Part shown: positions 25,321 to 39,529 of the stretch, piece after piece
Layout of the letters: every line of letters starts with the position of its first letter
Numbering within the stretch: position 1 is the first letter of the stretch
Assembly (NCBI GenBank): GCA_028534125.1
Contig: CM052816.1
Coordinates: forward strand, 61,258,001 to 61,322,000
Origin: Lama glama
Taxonomy: Eukaryota
DNA: 64,000 nt
Reading direction: 5' to 3'
Program-made: the position numbers and the translations under genes
The notes under the pieces: model-generated
Database searches by the model: none
Seen by the model: only the letters and a program-made list of their open reading frames with translations
What the model was told of the DNA's origin: nothing

Positions 25321-27214
25321 CTTTTCAATATTTGCTTCTTTCAAAAAACGATGTAATTCCTAGTTGTAGGAATAGATTTTTGTTATAATTTATGTGTAGT
25401 ATACAATATGGGAAATGTTAGGTACCTGTAATTTTTTCTGCCTTATTTTTCATAAAAATAGAGCACAAGTTATATTCATGCTCTTGCTCTAACAAAGTAA
25501 AGAAAGCGAGGGTGTCTGCAAACATGATGACTCTGACTGTTTTGTTCTGCTGGAATTTCATTAGTTCTGCCCTGATAACCAGACAGCAAGGGCAGAGAGA
25601 GCAGACCACATTGTTATTCAGTTCAGACATTGGCGTGTTTGGCTTCATCTCACAGTAAATTCAAATACAGCCTGACTTCACTTCCCTTTCCTAGACACAG
25701 ATCCAGACGCCTCTCCTCTTTCTTTTGTGAGCCACACAAATCTCCTTTCATCCCAGCTTGCCGTTTGAGATCTTTTAAAGCTAACGCCAGCACAACTGAA
25801 ACATAGTTGTACTCTTTCCTTCTGCCCACTCTTCTTTCTGATCTGAATTTCCCTGCTTTATTCCTTGTCTTATCAGTATCTGAAGCTAAAGATCAGGGAA
25901 TCTTCCTCTATGATTCCCTTTTCCATATATCTCCCAGATAGCTCATTTGTTCTCTCCTTCATTCTTATCGCTACTCCTTAGTCCAGGTTCTTAATTTTTG
26001 CTAACCTAGTACCATAGTAACTTCAGTTGGCTTCCCGTTTCTACTTGCACTCATTCCAGTCTTCTGTCAGAAGGATTTTTCTAAAATGTGAAATTAATCA
26101 TTAACTCTTGCTTTCTGTTCACTAGTTCCGAATACCTACAGGACCAAATTTAACCTCCTCTGAATGATACATAAGATCTTTTATAATCTAGGTGCTCTCT
26201 TTCTTTTTAACTTTATTCTCACTTTTCTTCCTACCCCATTCCTCTTCTCTCTGCTCTCTATGCACATGTAATATGAAATTTACTGACTTCCTGCAAATGC
26301 CATGTTGGGACATCGCTTCATGCTTTTATGTGCTCCTTCCTCTGCCTAGAATATTTTCCTCCCTTATCTAATTGGTCAATTGCTAGTCATCTTGCAAGAT
26401 TCTGTTAGGTGTTGCTCCTTTTAGGAAGACTTTCTTAATTTCTTCTCTCCCCAGCCTCCTGACTATGCTCCCTTCCCTGCCATGCCCCATGGAGAGGTGC
26501 TGCCCCCGTAGGGTAGCTCCTAGCCACATGTGGCTGTTTAAATGTAAATTAATTACAATTAATAAAATAAAAATTCAGTTCCCAAGTTGCACTAGCATAT
26601 TTCAAGTACTCTTTAGTCACATGTGGCTAGGGGCTGCTGTGAAGAACTTGTCTATCACAGAAAGTTCTATTAGACAGCTCTGCATAGGATTAACCATCCC
26701 CTTCTCTGGGTTGCCTCTTCCTTTGATATTTCCATTATTGCACTTATAATATTTTTTATTTATTTATGTATATGCTTCCCTATCAGACAGTGAATGTTTA
26801 GAGGGCAAAGATGTATCCTCTTCATTTCTATATATTTGGTTTTGAGTTGGGTTTAGTTTATTATAGGTATTCAACAAAATTTTGAGTTGAATTGATTCAG
26901 TGAATTTTAGAAAGGAGAATAGCCCCTACTTGAGGACTTCTAGTAGTGAAACAGCCACATGGCAGCATGTTGCATATGTATATATTCACAAATAATGTAT
27001 ATTTAGTATATGTAATTTTTGTATGACATATATATTTAGAGAAACAAATTATTTGTGTATGTATATATACATGTTTGTACACACACAGACAATTTTCTTG
27101 CTGACCCTAAATACTTTAGTTATATTTCCTAAGAATAAGGATATACTTTGCATAACTATCTTACCATTCACATGTAAGAAAATTACCATTAATATGAAAT
27201 TTCTCCAGTTGTTC

Positions 27215-28075
27215 TTCAAATAAGCAATCTAACCTTACACGTAAAGAAACTAGAAAAAGAAGAACAAACAAAACAAAAAGTTAGTAGAAGGAAGGAAGTA
27301 ATAAAGATATAAACAGAAATTAATGAAATAAAGACTAAAAAAAATAGAAAAAATCAATGAAACTAAGAGCTGGTTCTTTGCAAAACAGTATGGAGGTTAC
27401 TCAAAAAGATTAAAAATAAAACTACCATACAGTCCAGTAATTTAAGTTCTGAGTCTTTATCCAAAGAAAACAAAAATAGTTATTTGAAGAGATATATGCA
27501 GCCCAGTGTTCACTGTAGCATTATTTACAATGGCCAAGATATGGAAGCAACCTAGGTGTCCATCAATAGATGAATGGATAAAAATGATGTGGTATATTTA
27601 TATAATGGAATATTACTCAGCCATAAAACCCCTGAAATCTTGCCATTTGTGACATGTATGGATCTAGAGGGTATCATGCTTCATGAAATAAGACAGAAAG
27701 ACAGATATTGTATGATCTCACTTATATGTGGAATCTAAAAAACAAAACAAATAAACCCAATGAGAACAAATTCATAGATACAGAGAACAAATGCATATTT
27801 GCCAGAAGGGAGTGGCATGGTGGGTTGGATGAAATAGATGAAGGGGATTAAGTGGTGCAAACTTCTAATTATAAAATAAATAAGCCAGAGGACATAATAT
27901 ACAGGATAAAGAATATGGTTAATAATATCGTAATAGCGTTATATGGGTCAGTTAAATACTAGAATTGTTGTGGTGAGTTTCATAACAAATGTAAATAATG
28001 AATCACTATATAACTTACCTGAGACTAACATAAGATTGTACATCAACTGTATTTCAATTAATAAAAGGAAAAAAT
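27215..28075 (+). mobile_element. L1 element with a large internal ORF2 deletion, inserted in an older antisense L1
   Basis: Early ORF2 text (ELEKEEQTK...KINETKSWFF) fused at 27380/27381 to the ORF2 3' end, then 3' UTR and A tail. Confidence 0.85.
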
Positions 28076-30796
28076 TATCTTTACTGTCAGATCATGTGAA
28101 TAATCCTGTTCCCCAATAATCTTTTACTCACTGTTTTATCAACCATTAATGATCTGTCCCTGAATCATTAATACACTGATGGTTACAAAATGGTAATTTT
28201 CTAATTTTATCATTTTCTTAATATTTATTTCCTCTGTATTTCTGTACAGAATATTTTCTTTCCTTTTCTCCCTTTTCTGCTTTCCTCTTCCTGTGTCCTC
28301 CCAAACTTTTTGAGTATTTATTGTATGGAGTCATAAATTTTAAAAACTTCACTATCCAGTGTGTTATCACCATAATTATTATTTTATGCCCTTAAATCAT
28401 ATGATATTTTGCTAGTGGGAGCCCCTTTAAAGCTGGTGTGTGTCCTTTTATATACCTTTATTTGTTTTTGCACACTTTATTGCTTTCTGGGACAATAAAC
28501 TATTCCAGATTTGCCTTGCGCTGTCTCTGCCCTAGACCTGGGCTCAGCTATTTCTGCAAGGAGCTCCTGTTTCTTTTAGTGGAGAATAGTTTCTAGGAAC
28601 CAAGATCTGGTTGCAAGACCTGAACATTGCTACTGAAGTGTTACTGCTTCTAGGTTCTTTCAGAGGACAGAGCTAGGAAATACATTTTTTGAAAAGTCAT
28701 CAGGAGGAGGAGAAGGAGGAGCCCTCAATTTGTGTCCAGTGTCACAGAGATCTTCCTTACCTTCTGCCATTTTATGTTTGTATCTCTCTTCTGCCAGAGG
28801 AGAGCCCTGCTTTCCAACAGCACCAGTGTGTGTACTCATTAGCTCTGTCCGTCAATTGGTATTACAACACTAGTGTTACACCACGAGCAAGCCTACTAAA
28901 TAAACTTCAGAATTCCTTTGCAATTTATTTTTTTGTCCTTGGAACGCATCTCACCAAGGATGTATACTCAGAATACAATACTTGAAAGTTATGTAAATTC
29001 TTTCTTTTTTGATACACAGTTAGCTTCATTTGTTTCCGTTTTATTCTGTTTTAAGGTTTACCTTTTCATCTTTTTGAAGTGTCATTCCCATTTCAGTCCC
29101 ATCTGCCCCTGTCCAACCATCCTGTAGAGGATGAGAGTGAGGCTTTTAATGACTTCTGAGTCATGTAAATCTTTTTCATAAAATTAAACTAGAAAGGATG
29201 ATAATAAGTAATGACTCTCACTATCCTTAGTAATGTTCTTTGCCTTACATTTGATATTAATATTTCTACACCAGCTTTTTATTGCTTGGTTTTCAGTTTG
29301 CCTGATTGTCTTTTTCTATCCATTTAACTTCAGCTTGTGTGTGATTATGTTTTAGGTGATATCTTATGTATACAATTTGAGAATCTGACATTTATCTAGG
29401 CAACTTTATGACTACTTATATATTTGAATTACTTTTTGTCTTATATTTTGTTTTCTTCTCTCTCTCCTCTCTCTTTCTTTCTTTTGTATTGATTGTTATT
29501 TTTACTTCATTTTTTTCTTTCTAATTATTTGGAAGTGGTACATTCTATATCTCTACTTTTCATTGTCATTGTAATGCACAGTCTTGTCATCCTGTTAGTT
29601 TTGTGTCAAGTATTCAGTCAAATAAACCCATACCTCTTTTTTGCATGAACTTCCAAAACAGGTTTGTTGAATCCTATACTTTCATATTTACATTTTTTAA
29701 CTCAAGCAAATAAGACCATGTGTTTATTTTTCCCCCACATTTTATAGTCTTAATCAGAGAAGTAAGGGTCTCAGTCATGCTGTCTAAAGAAAGGTTGACA
29801 GAAACCTGGACTCACCACAACCTTTTCTTTACAGTCTGGCAGCCCTCAGCTGCACCCCTACCCGCCCACCCCAGGAATCTAAGCACGATTGAGGCCAGGA
29901 ATATTATTTTGATTACTGCTCTATCCATTATATCTAGAAAAGTGCCTGTGCATTAGCTAGCCCTTAATAGATGTATCAGTTGAATGAATAAAGTGAAATA
30001 CTTAGTCTGGACAAGAAGGAGTGAGGTAAATGGTGGATGCAGGGTCGGAGACATTATGGGAACTTTTAGTCTGAAGGACTTGCATGTTGAACAGTAAGTC
30101 TGCTTGTTGAGTGAAGCCCTGAGGGTTGAGGTGAGCATTACTACAGAGAAACAGAGAGCTGTCTACTATCTGGGTTGCGTGGAGGGGAGTAAGTGGCTTC
30201 ATTATATTGTCAAGTCCCAGTTTTTCTAGGAGAGTTTTGCTAGAGATAACTTGGAAGGAATTAAATAGTCCTTAGTTGCTCTGAGAGATTCTATGCTAAG
30301 TAGATGGAATACGTTGCCATACTTACCTACGGCCAGATTTGGGCACCCAGGTAAATTTCATTTTTCATCTTAGATTTGGAGATTATCTTAACCCTGCTAG
30401 TAAACTGATCACATAACAGTACAGCACTGTGAGTAGCCATTCACAGCAGTCACTTAATTTTTGTTCCTCCTTCGTAATCCCAAACATCCTGGTGTTTTCC
30501 ATTTTCTGTCTGGGAGAATTAGGAAGCAGTATGTAGGTAGATCAGCTGTAGGATTCTCATATTTATCTTGTCTATAGCAAAGCAAACTGTGAAAAGCAGC
30601 CTGCATATTTTCTCTGAATTGTGTTTCTGAGTTGTCTTTTTATTTGATTATAGAATTATCTTGATTTGATTTAGATATTTACTGGGAGTGATATACAAAT
30701 TGGGACAAGGAAAATGTAGTTTTATTACCACCTGAAAAAATCTAAATTAGTGCCTTGAATGCTGCTTGTATTAAAAATCTCTTCTTTTTCTCTTAG

Positions 30797-30901
30797 GGCT
30801 GCTGCTCAGAGTAAATTAGGTCACTACACAGATGCAATAAAGGATTGTGAAAAAGCAATAGCAATTGATTCCAAGTACAGCAAGGCCTATGGGAGAATGG
30901 G
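30797..30901 (+). CDS. SGTB: SGTB exon 6: [34 protein letters not shown](G) (TPR2-3)
   Basis: tcttag| acceptor, GG|GTAAG donor, 105 nt. Confidence 0.98.
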
Positions 30902-31099
30902 GTAAGTTCTGGGAGAATGTTCAAAATAATATATCAAATAGTATCAGATATGCTCTTCTTAATGGCTTGGTTGTGAATTTCCTGCTTAATATTGTACCCT
31001 CTAAACTAATGAGAAGATAAACATGACATAGAGAGAGGAAATAACTGCAATTTCTGTAACTTGAGAGGGAAGATTAGTTGTGTGATGAATGGTTGGTTG

Positions 31100-33590
31100 T
31101 TGGAGAAAGTCATACAACCATACTGAGTAGATCCACTTCATATTCAAGGCCACGAATCTCAAATGAACTCTCAATATTTTGGCAGATAGTCCTACTACAC
31201 TTCCTTCTAAATTCACCTTACCACTCTCTGAGTTGACCATTTCATACCTACTCTTCTCTTCACATTTCCCCCATACATTCCATGGGGACTCTCAACCTTT
31301 TAAAGTTGAAAAAATAAATGCGTTTAGAAGAAAAGTAACTCTTCTTACTTGTAAGTCCACCAATCTATCTGCATTTGTATCTGTACAGATTGCCTTTTTT
31401 CCTGTTAAAATGGAAGGGTAAGACCACTTCCCTTCCCACTCACTCATGCTTTAGGGCTCATCCCTTTGTACCTTCTCCAGGACGTTACACTTGTAATCAT
31501 CTCCTTTGTCTTTACAGCATTAGTTTTTTCTGTCTGTAACAATGATAATGACTGCATGTAAAAAGATCATCAGAAATCATCGGTTAGAACCATCCTTTTA
31601 CTCAGCTACATAATTTCCCAGTTCCTGTTTCTCTGCAAAGGCCCTGATAGTTGTTTGACCTTGCTGTCTCACCTTCACCATCTCTTATTCTCTCTTCAGC
31701 TCACTCTCGTAGGACATTTGTCTGTGTCACTCTGTTGAGAGCGCGATTCAAGGTCTCCAGTTGTCTGTATTTTCCCAGGGTCAGTATTCAGTTCTATATC
31801 CTTACCCTACTCTATCTCTTAGTATTTGGCATGATTAACTACTTTTTGAAATACTTCATTCTCTAGGCATCTGTGACACCACACTTCCTGGTTTTCCTTC
31901 TACTTCACTGGATGTTCTTTCCCAGTCTCCCTTACTGGCTCTTCCTCCTCTCCCACCTCTAAATAATAGTGTGCTCCAGGGCTTCTTCCTCTGCTGCTAC
32001 AGTTTTTCTGTCCATATTCTACTTTTGATTCCAATGTGTCCCATGCTTTTAAATTCCATCTTTAGTCAATATGCATTATTCGTGAATTCTCTTTTTGTGA
32101 ATTCACCTACTTGCTAAAGCTTTTTTTTTTTTTAATGTAACCCCAAATCTGTACTCACTGTGCTTTTGTTGTCATCCACAGAGTGGTGAAAAACTTGAGT
32201 CACCTGACGTGCAGGATCTCAGCTGAGGTCAGATAAAGCAGTGCTCTGCCTTTTGGTTTCAGCTCTCATGCTGTAAAATGAGTGTCTTTCTCACAGTCAG
32301 TGTAGTGCTATATTGCATTTTTGTGCTTTTTGTTGTTGATTTCCCATTTTACAATTGCCCCCGTACATAGGTTGAAGTATTATCTTAGTGTTCCTAAGGG
32401 CAAGAAGGCTGTGATGTGCCTCACCGAGAAAATAACATGTATTAGATGTTTTGTTCAGGCATTCTTAGTGCAGTTGGCTGTAAATTCAATGCTAATGAAT
32501 TAGTGATATGTATTAAATAAGGCTGCTTTAAACAGAAACACATGTAAAACAAGGTTGCATATTGATTGGTTGATGAAAATCTTGTGACCAGAGGCTCACA
32601 GGAACATAACCTTATACTTCTAGGAGCAGTTGTTCAGTGTTTGCTAATTCAGTGTTTGCGGTGACTTTGTAGAACATAATTACTGTGGATAGTAAAAATA
32701 AACTGTATATGTTGGTGAATCTCTGAAGTTATACGTCTGAACTCCATACTCATATATTCAACTACTTTTCATCTCCACTTGGATGTTTCATAGATATTTT
32801 AAACTTAACATATCCCATACAGAACTCTTGTTACCTTCTTAAATCTCTCTCATCTGATTAAATGTACTATCATTCCACCTACCCAGTGTTCAGGTCAGAA
32901 CCTAGGAGTCATCCTTCATTCTTACTACACCGACACATCTAATCTATCAGCACATCCTGCCAATTCTAGTTTCCAGATACTCCTTGAATTCAAGAATTGA
33001 TTGCTATCTTGTTTATAACCCTAGTCCAAATTACTGTCTCTTACTTAGGCTATTGCAATAGCTGCTTAAGTGGTCTCCCTGCCTTCACTCCACTCTCCCC
33101 ACCCTTGTTGGTCCTTTGCAGAGAAGTGAGAGGGAGCTTTATAAAGCATAAATCAGATCATGTCATTCTGTTGCAACCAGAATGAAATCCAGACTCCAAA
33201 CCATGGTCCTTTATTGCCCTGACGTCATCTCTTCCCACACTTAGTTTTCTGTGCTCCCTCTTCCTCGCCCTTGTCCTGTTCCTTAAGCATCCCAAGCTTG
33301 CATTGTTTTCAGGGCCTTGGTGTTGATTGCTGCTTCTGTTTAGAATGCTTTTCCCCTAACTTTCATGACTGCTTTCTTTTCATTGCTCACATCCCTTGAA
33401 TGTGGCTGCCTTTGAGCAGCTCCCCTATTTATCCTCTTTAATATTAATCTTTTTTATTTGCATGTTTATTGCTTTGTCTTTCCAGGTAGAATGAAATTTT
33501 CTTAACCTCAGGAACTTTACCTTTTTCATTGTGGAATCTAAAATAGTGCCTGCCACACAGCAGGATTCCAATAAATATGTACTGACTGTT
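31100..33590 (+). mobile_element. Degraded L2 LINE
   Basis: L2-like text and 3' end tagtgcctgccacacagcagg...caataaatatgt at about 33545-33585. Confidence 0.7.
32063..32705 (-). mobile_element. MER82 (TcMar-Tigger) nested in L2
   Basis: Matches my recollection of MER82 (gtgttcctaagggcaagaaggctgtgatgtgcc; gtgaccagaggctcacaggaac); degenerate TIRs, TA at the right end. Confidence 0.8.
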
Positions 33591-34014
33591 GAGTAATTGA
33601 GGATTCTGATGAAGTATCTTTCATGGTTGACTGGTAGGAAACTAATTAGGCTCTGAGTTTTTTTTTCCTATGGCTAGGCGTTGTATTTTATCTAGATCAG
33701 AAATCTGTTAGGTAAGTCAGCCAAAAAAAAATAAAATAAGAGTAATGCTTAAAAATAAACTAAGAAAAAAATTTAAAAAACCCTCAATACTATCTTTCCA
33801 TGTGTACCATTATTGTTTCATTCTCAAGTAATTTTCCAATAAATAAATTCTAACTAGGTAGAGGAAAACATCAAATTTGGTAACTCACTCTTTGACCTGT
33901 TCTTGGGGTAATAATGTGTTATTCGAGTTGTAAAGGCTGCTAATTTTATCTATTTCACAACTAATGTGTCTTACCCAGTAGTGACCAGCTAACACCCCAC
34001 GGCCTACTTTGTGT

Positions 34015-35335
34015 ATTTATTTAAATTATTTTTTTAATTGAAGCGTAGTTGATTTACAGTGTTGTGTTAGTTCCTGGTATACAGTATAGTGATTCAGTTA
34101 TATGTTATTATTGGATTATTATAAGTTATTATTGGATATTGAATATAGTACCCTGTGTTATAAGTTATTACTGGATATTGAATATAGTTCCCTGTATTAT
34201 ACAGTAGGACCTTGCTTTTTATCTATTTTATATATAGTAGTTTGTATCTACTAATCCCAAACTCCTAATTTATCCCTTCCCACATTCCCTTTCCCCTTTG
34301 GTAACCGTAAGTTTATTTTCTTTGTCAGTGAGTCTGTTTCTGCTATGTAAATAAGTTCATTTGTATCATTTTGTAGATTACACATATAACTGATATATAT
34401 GGTATTTGTCTTTCTCTGTCTGATTTACTTCACTTAGTGTGATAATCTCTAGGTCTATCCGTGTTGCTGCAAATGGTATTATTTCATTCTTTTTTATGGC
34501 TGATTAGTATCCCATTGTACATATACCACATATTCTTTGTCCATTCAGCTGTTGATGGACATTTAGGTTGCTTCCGTGTCTTGGCTATTATAAATAATGC
34601 TGCTTTGAACACTGGGGTGCATGTGTCTTTTTGAATTAGAGTTCCCTCTGGGTATATGCCCAGGAGTGGGATTGCTGGATCATATGGTAAGTCTATTTTT
34701 GGTTTTTTGAGGAATCTCCATACTGTTTTCCGTAGTGGTACATCAAATTACATTCCCACCAACAGTGTAGGAGGGTTCCCTTTTCTCCACACTCTCTCTA
34801 TCATTTATCATTTGTGGACTTTTTAATGATGGTCATTCTTACTGATGTGAAGTGATACTTCATTGTACTTTTGATTTGCATTTCTCTGATAATTAGCGAT
34901 ATTGAGCATCTTTTCATGTACCTATATGTCTATATGTCTATATGTCATCTATATGTCTTCTTTGGAGAAATGTCTCTAAGTTTTCTGCCAAATTTTTTTG
35001 ATTGAATTGTTTGTTTTTTTGTTATTAAATTGTATGAGCTGTTTGTATATTCTGGAAATTAAGCTCTTGTTGGTCGCATATTTTGCAAATATTTTGTCTC
35101 AGTTCATAGATTATCTTTTGGTATTGTTTATGGTTTCCTTTGCTGTGCAAAAGCATCTTCTTTGTATGTTTGGTAGAATTCCACAGTGAAGCCATCCAGT
35201 CATGGACTTTTGTTTGCAGGGAGTTTTTTTGTTTTTTGTTTTTTGTTGTATTACAGATTCTGTTTCACTTCTAGTGATTGGCCTGTTCAAATTATCTATT
35301 TCTTCTTGTTTCAGTTTCATTGGACTTGTTTCTAT
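34015..35335 (-). mobile_element. Antisense L1 (3' UTR plus ORF2 end) with an internal deletion near 35154
   Basis: T-rich tail at about 34028, canonical L1 3' UTR/ORF2 end; ORF 35111..35320 shows QEEIDNLNRPIT joined to FCTAKETIN. Confidence 0.9.
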
Positions 35336-35696
35336 TTTTTGATTTTTAAGGTAAATTGATATGTATTGTGGCTCAGTGTCTCTGCTAGGAAGGAAGAAAG
35401 TGAGATATTATGAAGTACAAATCTAGCTCAGAGTTCTTAAAACGGTTTTAGCATCACGGTGTTAAATGGCCATAGAATTGTTAGTCAGCTCACATCTTTA
35501 TGGAGCTTAATCATTCATAAAGCAAATTGTTTCACATATTAGGCTTAAAAATGGAAAGATAATGTAAGGTTCATTTCTAATCATTAAGTCTTGATTCATG
35601 TAGGAGAGCCAAGGTTATCACCAAGCAGAATTGAGAGAGTGCAGATTTACAGAATCTTGGAATTAGAAGGAAGTGATACTCCTGTGAACTATGATA

Positions 35697-35931
35697 CAAT
35701 TGACCCTTGAACAATGTGGGGTTTAGGGGTGCTGACCCTCTGCACTCAAAAATCCACGTGTAACTTATAGTAAACCTTTTGTATCCACAGGTCGTCCGTA
35801 TCTGCAGTTCCTCTCTATCTGCAGATTTAACCAACCTCAGATTGTATAGTACTGTAGTATTTACTAATGAAGAAAATGCACATATAAGTGGACCTACACT
35901 CTTCAAACCCATGTTGTTTAAGGATGAACCG
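35697..35931. mobile_element. Tigger2-family MITE (MER8/Tigger2a-like)
   Basis: TIRs caattgacccttgaacaa / ttgtttaaggatgaaccg flanked by TA. Confidence 0.8.
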
Positions 35932-36056
35932 TACATTGAATAAATTAAGTGTAATCTGGATTCAAATTGAATACAAATTAGGTGTTTGATTACATTTATG
36001 ATGTCCTGATATTATTTAATTATATATCCTACACTCTTACACTGTATTCTTTTCAG

Positions 36057-36195
36057 GCTGGCCCTCACTGCCATGAATAAGTTTGAGGAAGCAGTTACAA
36101 GTTATCAGAAGGCGTTAGATCTTGATCCTGAAAACGACTCCTATAAGTCAAATCTGAAAATAGCAGAACAGAAGTTAAGAGAGGTATCCAGTCCA
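36057..36195 (+). CDS. SGTB: SGTB exon 7: [46 protein letters not shown] (TPR3 and capping helix)
   Basis: tttcag| acceptor, CCA|GTAAG donor, 139 nt. Confidence 0.98.
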
Positions 36196-36713
36196 GTAAG
36201 TTACTAATGCCAAATGAGTGACTTTGTCATTCACAATTTACTGTAATCAACTTGTAGTGGTCAGACCATATTCTGAAGAGAAAAAAAATCTCACTTTTAA
36301 TTGTCATAGGTTTGGATTACTGTTTTATACTGAATAACTTCTTCAGCAGAATAGGTAACATTTATTATGTTCTAAAGGTAATGTTACAAATATGCTAGTC
36401 AAAGTAAGAAAAATAATTCTAGTCAGAGTTAATTGCATGAATAGAATAAGGCAGGGAAGTGAGATAAAGAGTCTATATTTCAAATCCCTCCTTTATTAAT
36501 TTTAATGAGATGAAAATTCAGAATGCTGCAAAAATTTCAGCTTTTTTACCATGTCTGAAGTTCTCAAGAAAAATAGTAATAGTTCTTTCTATGGAGAGGT
36601 CAGCTTTTTCACAGTATTTTATAGAATATTTATAAATATATATATATATATATTAGTTTAAATTAAAAAAATTGTAGTGGGTAGTATAATTCTCAGATAT
36701 AATTGTTTTACAG

Positions 36714-36776
36714 ACAGGAACTGGACTGAGCTTTGACATGGCTAGTTTAATAAATAATCCAGCCTTCATTAGTATG
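36714..36776 (+). CDS. SGTB: SGTB exon 8: TGTGLSFDMASLINNPAFISM
   Basis: ttacag| acceptor, ATG|GTGAG donor, 63 nt. Confidence 0.97.
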
Positions 36777-37789
36777 GTGAGTATATTTCCTTTTCTGCTT
36801 TGCTGGCTCTATTTTCCATTAGAGCTGTATAGTTCTAAACTTTTTAGAAACAAACAAGAGTGCTTTTGTGATTGTGGTGGTGGCAGGAGAGAGGTAATAT
36901 AGTGCTGTGGCTGTTGTCTTTAACCTGCCCATGTACTGCTTTGTGGAAAAGCCAGGGGTGGACTTCAGGAAGGCCATGGAGTCCATGAAATTGTATATGA
37001 AAATTTGTGTCCACGTGAATATGTGCATTTTTCTAGGGAGAGAACCATGTTTTTCATCAGATAGACAGAAGGGTCTGGAAATCTACAGAAGTTTAAAAAC
37101 CACCCTCTTACATGAAAGTGACCCTAGGAAAGTGTCTGATAATCGAGGTCTGAGGATTCTGGCTATTGTGGTTTCCTAAGCTCTCCTCTCAGCATTATTT
37201 ACTGCCTTTCTATTTTGAGTTTATTTGAACTTTTAGTATAATTCTCACATCTATGTATTCCATCCTTCAAACCAGCAAAATTACCTATGGATCTTTTTGA
37301 AAATCCACATGCTCTGGTCCTATAAGTAGAAACTGATTTAGTGGGTCAGGGACGTTACCTGGGCATATAAAGCTCCTACAGTGACTGCATACTGGCTGAG
37401 AAGCATTCTGCAAATGCTCTGCCCTTCAGGGCAGTACTACTTCTTACTCATTTTTGTTTCCCTCAAAAAAATGGATCTGTATTCACTAAATCTTCAGTTG
37501 AATTGAAATGGACTGATGGCCCATTCCCAGTGAGATAGGAGTGCTTTTGAACAATTGGTAATTTTGTAGCAATTGGTAATTTAAAATTGGTAGTTGAACT
37601 CTTTGTAGACAGAAGTCAATTTTTGAATCACTGACTCTAAATGAGGTATTGGCAAAGTCACCAGTTGCTTTTATTACCAAAGAAATAGTTATTTGACTGA
37701 CTTGCAGATAATTCAGGAACTCCTTGAGTCTCATTTAGGATTCACCAAATTTAGGTTGGTCTTCCTACCTAAATGCCAGGAAATACATG

Positions 37790-39020
37790 TCTCTTTGCAG
37801 GTGTTGTGACGTTTTTAAATACTGTTACCCATTTCCAGGCCTCAGGCTATCCTACTGTAGCAGGATATAAAAATGGGTTTCTCTTAGTTTCAGATTTGGC
37901 TTAGCCCTCAAGGTGCTGCTGTGTACACAGATAAGTACCATGTAGGAGCTGCAAAAAGTGGGGATGAAAAACATATTGTGTGACTATTAAAAGGGTCAGG
38001 TTGACAGAAATTAGAAGAGGATTTTTGGAGAGAGTTCTTGGAGTTACAGAGCCCTGTTCCATGTGAGAGGGAAGTAAAGGGGCTGCCCTCCTCTCAAGCC
38101 CACTGACAGTGGGCCCTTCATGCCCACTCAAAGAGCTTTCTATATGACCTTCAATTTGGACGACAATAGACTGGTGTCTGACCTGCCAGCTAAAGAGGCC
38201 AGTGGCAGAATTAGCTATGTGGTTTAGGAAGTAACTGTACTGATGACAATGGAGTGGAAGTGTGTTTCCTGTGGACCAAGGTAAACACATATGCTTGTAA
38301 GATAGTTTGAGTCTAAGTCTGCACAAGATGGCCTCCTGGAAGGTGTCAGGAGCCCAACACGTTGTCTCCAAAGGAGAAATGCTAAGAACCTGGGACTCAA
38401 CCAAGAGGCATAGCATCCATCCAGAGTAAATTACCCTTCTCAGAGGAGAAGTGGGAAATGCCCGGAGGGGCTGGGTGGAAGTGTTTGAAGAACAACAGAA
38501 GGTGCTCCACAAGAGAACCAGAGTCGTTTTAAACAACTTGCACACCTGAAGAGCACCAGTGCAAACCACTAAGATAATACCAGCCATCAAATAACATTCC
38601 TGTTCCCTTTATTCTCCTCCCTCCGCTTCACCCTGACCCTGGAGGCCAGAAAGCTGAGGGAGGAGGAGTGGAAGCACTGTGGGGAAAGAACCAACTATCC
38701 CCTCATTTCTGGTGCAGCTGGCTCATCTGTCACAGGCCCGTGCCAGGGAGAGGAAAACTTCTACCTGGAAATGCAGTTCTGTGTACTTGGTACTGCAGTG
38801 AGCAAGGAGTTAAGTACTGAACTGGAGGCCATTTTCTAACTTAAAGTGACTGCAGGACTGCTTACTTAAAGAGACAAAAAAGCAGTAAGATCTGCTCTAC
38901 ATTTCTTCTAGGTCCTGGGTTCTAGGAGAAGAGGTAGAGCTACTGCAGAACAGATTAAAGGGATTGTGAAGCAGATCGCTTTATGTTTATAGCTCATAAA
39001 TCCTGCTTTTTCTGTGTAAT
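37790..39020. mobile_element. Probable old long LTR (LTR78-like)
   Basis: Purine/GC-richer 1.2-kb block with tg...aa-like ends; family assignment tentative. Confidence 0.4.
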
Positions 39021-39392
39021 GCCCATAGACCATATTTTGACTTAGAAGCACCGATCCTAACCAAGACCCAAGGGAAGTTACTGAATTATTTTTAAGTCAG
39101 TCAAGCGGTTCTCTTTATGGTAACAAAAGCAAGTGGTTTTTTCCCAACACCTCATTTAGGGTCAGTGAATCAAAATTAACCAATGTTTTACAAAGATTCA
39201 GACTAAATTTAAAGTTTACATGAATATTGTTAACAGTACCAATCTGGGGCCAAAAAATTGTTATGCGTTTAAAATAAAAAGTTTTAAAAGTGTATGTGTG
39301 TATAAAAACAATTCCCCTCCCACTGTGAGCACGGGAAAGAGTGAAACTACTAAGTCCTATGGAGCAAGGTCACGTCTCTTACTTTTTTAAAG

Positions 39393-39529
39393 AATTATTT
39401 ATTTATTTGTTGGTGGCAGAGGCAATGAGGTTTATTTATTTATTTATTTGGTGGCAGTACTGGGGATTGAGCCCAGGACCTTGTGCATGCTAAGTATGCA
39501 TTCTACCACTGAGCTATACCCTCCCCTCT
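39393..39529 (-). mobile_element. tRNA-Ala-derived camelid SINE (Vic-1-like)
   Basis: gtactggggattgagcccaggacc...ctaccactgagctataccctcccc; approximately 18-bp TSD tctcttact.tttt.aag on both sides. Confidence 0.88.

Noticed and set aside
37901..38590. 229-aa minus-strand ORF in SGTB intron 8
   Set aside because: Begins at a non-ATG codon, resembles no family I recognise, and lies in a probable old LTR; a BLASTX hit or PhyloCSF signal would change this
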